Assembly: GCA_963693365.1 (NCBI GenBank)
Contig: CAVNZM010000002.1
Span: 12,989,115-13,053,114 of the forward strand
Length of the DNA: 64,000 nt
Direction: 5' to 3'
From: Amoebidium appalachense
Lineage: Eukaryota; Protista; Ichthyosporea
Part shown: positions 61,707-64,000 of the stretch, piece after piece
Position numbering within the stretch: the first letter of the stretch is position 1
How the letters are laid out: the number at the start of each line of letters is the position of its first letter
The notes under the pieces: model-generated
What the model was told of the DNA's origin: nothing
What the model saw: the letters and a program-made list of their open reading frames with translations, nothing else
Database searches by the model: none
Translations under genes and position numbers: made by a program

Positions 61707-63109
61707 ATCTAGAGTCTCTTGTATGCTTCGACAAGGGAAGGCGCATCGACGTGTTCGTAGCGTTTTCTGTGTCTTCCCGTCTGAATACACGCACGAACAT
61801 CAGCTTTATCGGTTTTCTAGGTCAAGAACGTACACCCTTTACATTCGCGATGCCGTGAACTGTATACATTTATTGGTTGCTGTATATGCAAGTATTATCT
61901 TTGGCTTCCAGTGCACTTTTGCCCACCGTGTGTACTTGCGTTAGTTTTGTTCGTTGGTGTGGTTGGGCCCAGTTTGCAGTGAGATTGGCAATGACTGTAT
62001 GCTGGTGCGTGGTGTGGCATGCATAGACTATAGTCGTGTGTGTGTGGAACAATAAAATCTCTGCAGCCAATCTGTTGATTTGGCGGGGCACCAACTCTGA
62101 TGTTGTGGTGTTGCTTGTTTTCCAGGATAACTTCAGGTCTAAAGCAAAAACCCCTTGTGAAGGAATCGTGCAGTGCTCGTGTATGGTAAGCTGCCGTGAG
62201 TCCAATTGACCTGACTCAGAGGTTCGTATTGTTGTGGCCAACTTCACATCGATGACACCTATTAACACTATATCACGATTTCCACGGCCACCCCCAGGAC
62301 TAAAACACACGGGGGTATATACGAGATTTGTACACACGTCGTCTGTCCATCACTTCGAATTAAGAACCTCGGCCCGGCCCAGTGGCACCCACCCACAAGC
62401 TCTGCAGTCACGTGTGATACATGCACATGCATGTTATAATCCTTCACTTTTACAATCCATCACCAAGCTGCACACTATGTAGAACTCAATTGGTCAAGTG
62501 CATGTACGGGTGTGCCGTGCAAGATGATCGGACAAGAAGACCGGGAGTTAACAAGATTCAACTCATTCCCATAGAGACCGTTACAACCATGCCATGAACG
62601 TGGGTGTGTGTCCCTCAGTTTCTCGTCTAACTCACTACGGTCAGTGCATCGTGTGCACTTCAGAAAAAGAGAAACGTATATGTAGCGGACTTGTACCGTG
62701 AGTCTAATAACGCATATACACACGAAGTTTGCTGCGTGTAGGTAGGGAAGTCATAAAACCCGTGTGCTTTAGGGCAGCCATACACGAAACGTGAGATCTA
62801 GGTGAATTTGAATGAAGCAGTGCATGGTGGCATCGGTGTGTATCGGGAGTCACACTCTTTCTCATACAATTGCGCTTTCTCTCCTCAATGACAAGATGCA
62901 AGTGCGCAATGGTCTGACAACATGCAAGTGCACAATTGCGCATCCATTTCCAGTGCAGCATGCATGTTTGCGCCCCTGACCCACGGCTGTGTCAAGTAAT
63001 ACGAAGCAAGCACAGAGTTGTCCACTGGCCAAGTTTGGGTTGCAAAAACAATGATTTGCTTCTGCCAGAGTGCATAGTGTGTCTGTGTCCAGTCCTGATC
63101 GGCCTTGGG

Positions 63110-63322
63110 ATGTTTCAGAAATCTTCTATGATACACACACAGCCTGAGTCGGCACGGCTGCAAACTTTTGAGACACGCTTGTCCTGTCAGTCTTCACGCA
63201 GAATGCTCACAGCATGGGTGTTTCAGAACTCTTCCGTGATATGTACACACACAGCCTGAGTCGGCACGGCTGCAACCTTTTGAAGCATGCTTGTCCTGTC
63301 ATTCTTCACACAGAATGCTCAC
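63110..63322. repeat. About 110-bp tandem duplication
   Basis: tgtttcagaa...cacacacagcctgagtcggcacggctgcaa...gcttgtcctgtca...cagaatgctcac occurs twice. Confidence 0.9.
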
Positions 63323-63752
63323 TGTTTTAAATCTGGTACAGCACTTTATTTTCTTGTTAAAACTCGGTTGTGGTTCCTGCCACGTCATTCACATGATATA
63401 CAAGCACTGCACATACATACACTGTCACTACTTTCCACCACTCTAGCCAGCAGACAATCTATGTCTCTTGACTACACATTCACGCCCCGAACGCTGCCAT
63501 AAAACAAATAACAGGCCGCGTCACAAGGTGCCATTAGCTGCTCTGAAAAGAGCTGCTGATGACGTTTGCGTTCAAACATTTTTAGTATCATGTTTCGTAA
63601 AAACCACGCCCTGGAGTGCTGCCTAAGAGATGAATCCCGTCAGCCGCAAGCACCAGGTGCCATATTTCTCACCACCTTCACAAGGAGGGCAGCAGGAAAG
63701 ATGAGTAGTGGTCACACACAAAGCCCAAAAAGGGCAAAGTTTACGACGGTGT

Positions 63753-64000
63753 TTATGCGTTGCGCCCATGTGCGTTCAGCAAGGGGTTGTTGATCTTGTG
63801 GCGCCAGTCCAGAGGCGTCAGGTCCGAGTAGGACACCTCGTGTGGCAGCGCTTTCACATCCTCACCCTCGTAATTCACGGCCAGACGGAAGAAGAGAGGG
63901 TGAAGGTCGTCAGTGTTGGCGGAGACATGATGGTCGCTGTCCGTGCGGGAGTGGTTGCGCCAAGACGATGGGTGAAGATCGTCAAGGGGGTAGTTGCAGA
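63753..64000 (-). CDS. C-terminal coding exon of an unidentified gene running off the window
   Basis: 82 codons including the stop, with C/G-biased third positions (CNYPLDDLHPSSWRNH...LDWRHKINNPLLNAHGRNA*); TAA at 63753-63755. No family recognised. Confidence 0.6.
   Translation of the reverse strand, partial: CNYPLDDLHPSSWRNHSRTDSDHHVSANTDDLHPLFFRLAVNYEGEDVKALPHEVSYSDLTPLDWRHKINNPLLNAHGRNA

Noticed and set aside
61870-62337. 155-aa minus-strand ORF downstream of eIF1A
   Set aside because: No recognisable motif or codon bias; it overlaps the probable eIF1A 3' UTR region.

Overview
Eukaryotic, intron-rich DNA. The likely source is a unicellular holozoan/opisthokont, inferred from the gene set and from eIF1A intron positions. 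Introns are swollen with (CA)/(GT), (GA)/(TC) and long poly-C/G/A/T tracts, so almost all listed six-frame ORFs are microsatellite artefacts. By splicing exons by hand I reconstructed the 3' end of a DEAH helicase (+), a 14-exon PRORP protein-only RNase P (-), an 11-exon RasGEF (-), a 6-exon DNAJA/Ydj1-type Hsp40 (+), a 10-exon phytochelatin synthase (+), a 6-exon eIF1A (+) and the last exon of an unknown gene (-). Mobile DNA comprises a decayed non-LTR retrotransposon, a hAT-type MITE with an 8-bp TSD, and a piggyBac transposase with a TGA at the first Cys of its zinc finger. The most unusual signals are three. First, a 7-copy repeat lies inside introns, in the host gene's sense orientation, between poly-C tracts (one copy's intronic placement is tentative). 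Second, many introns have complementary simple-repeat halves. Third, several 3' splice sites have (CA)n or poly-A where a pyrimidine tract is expected. All of this was read by eye; no alignment, folding or database search was run.
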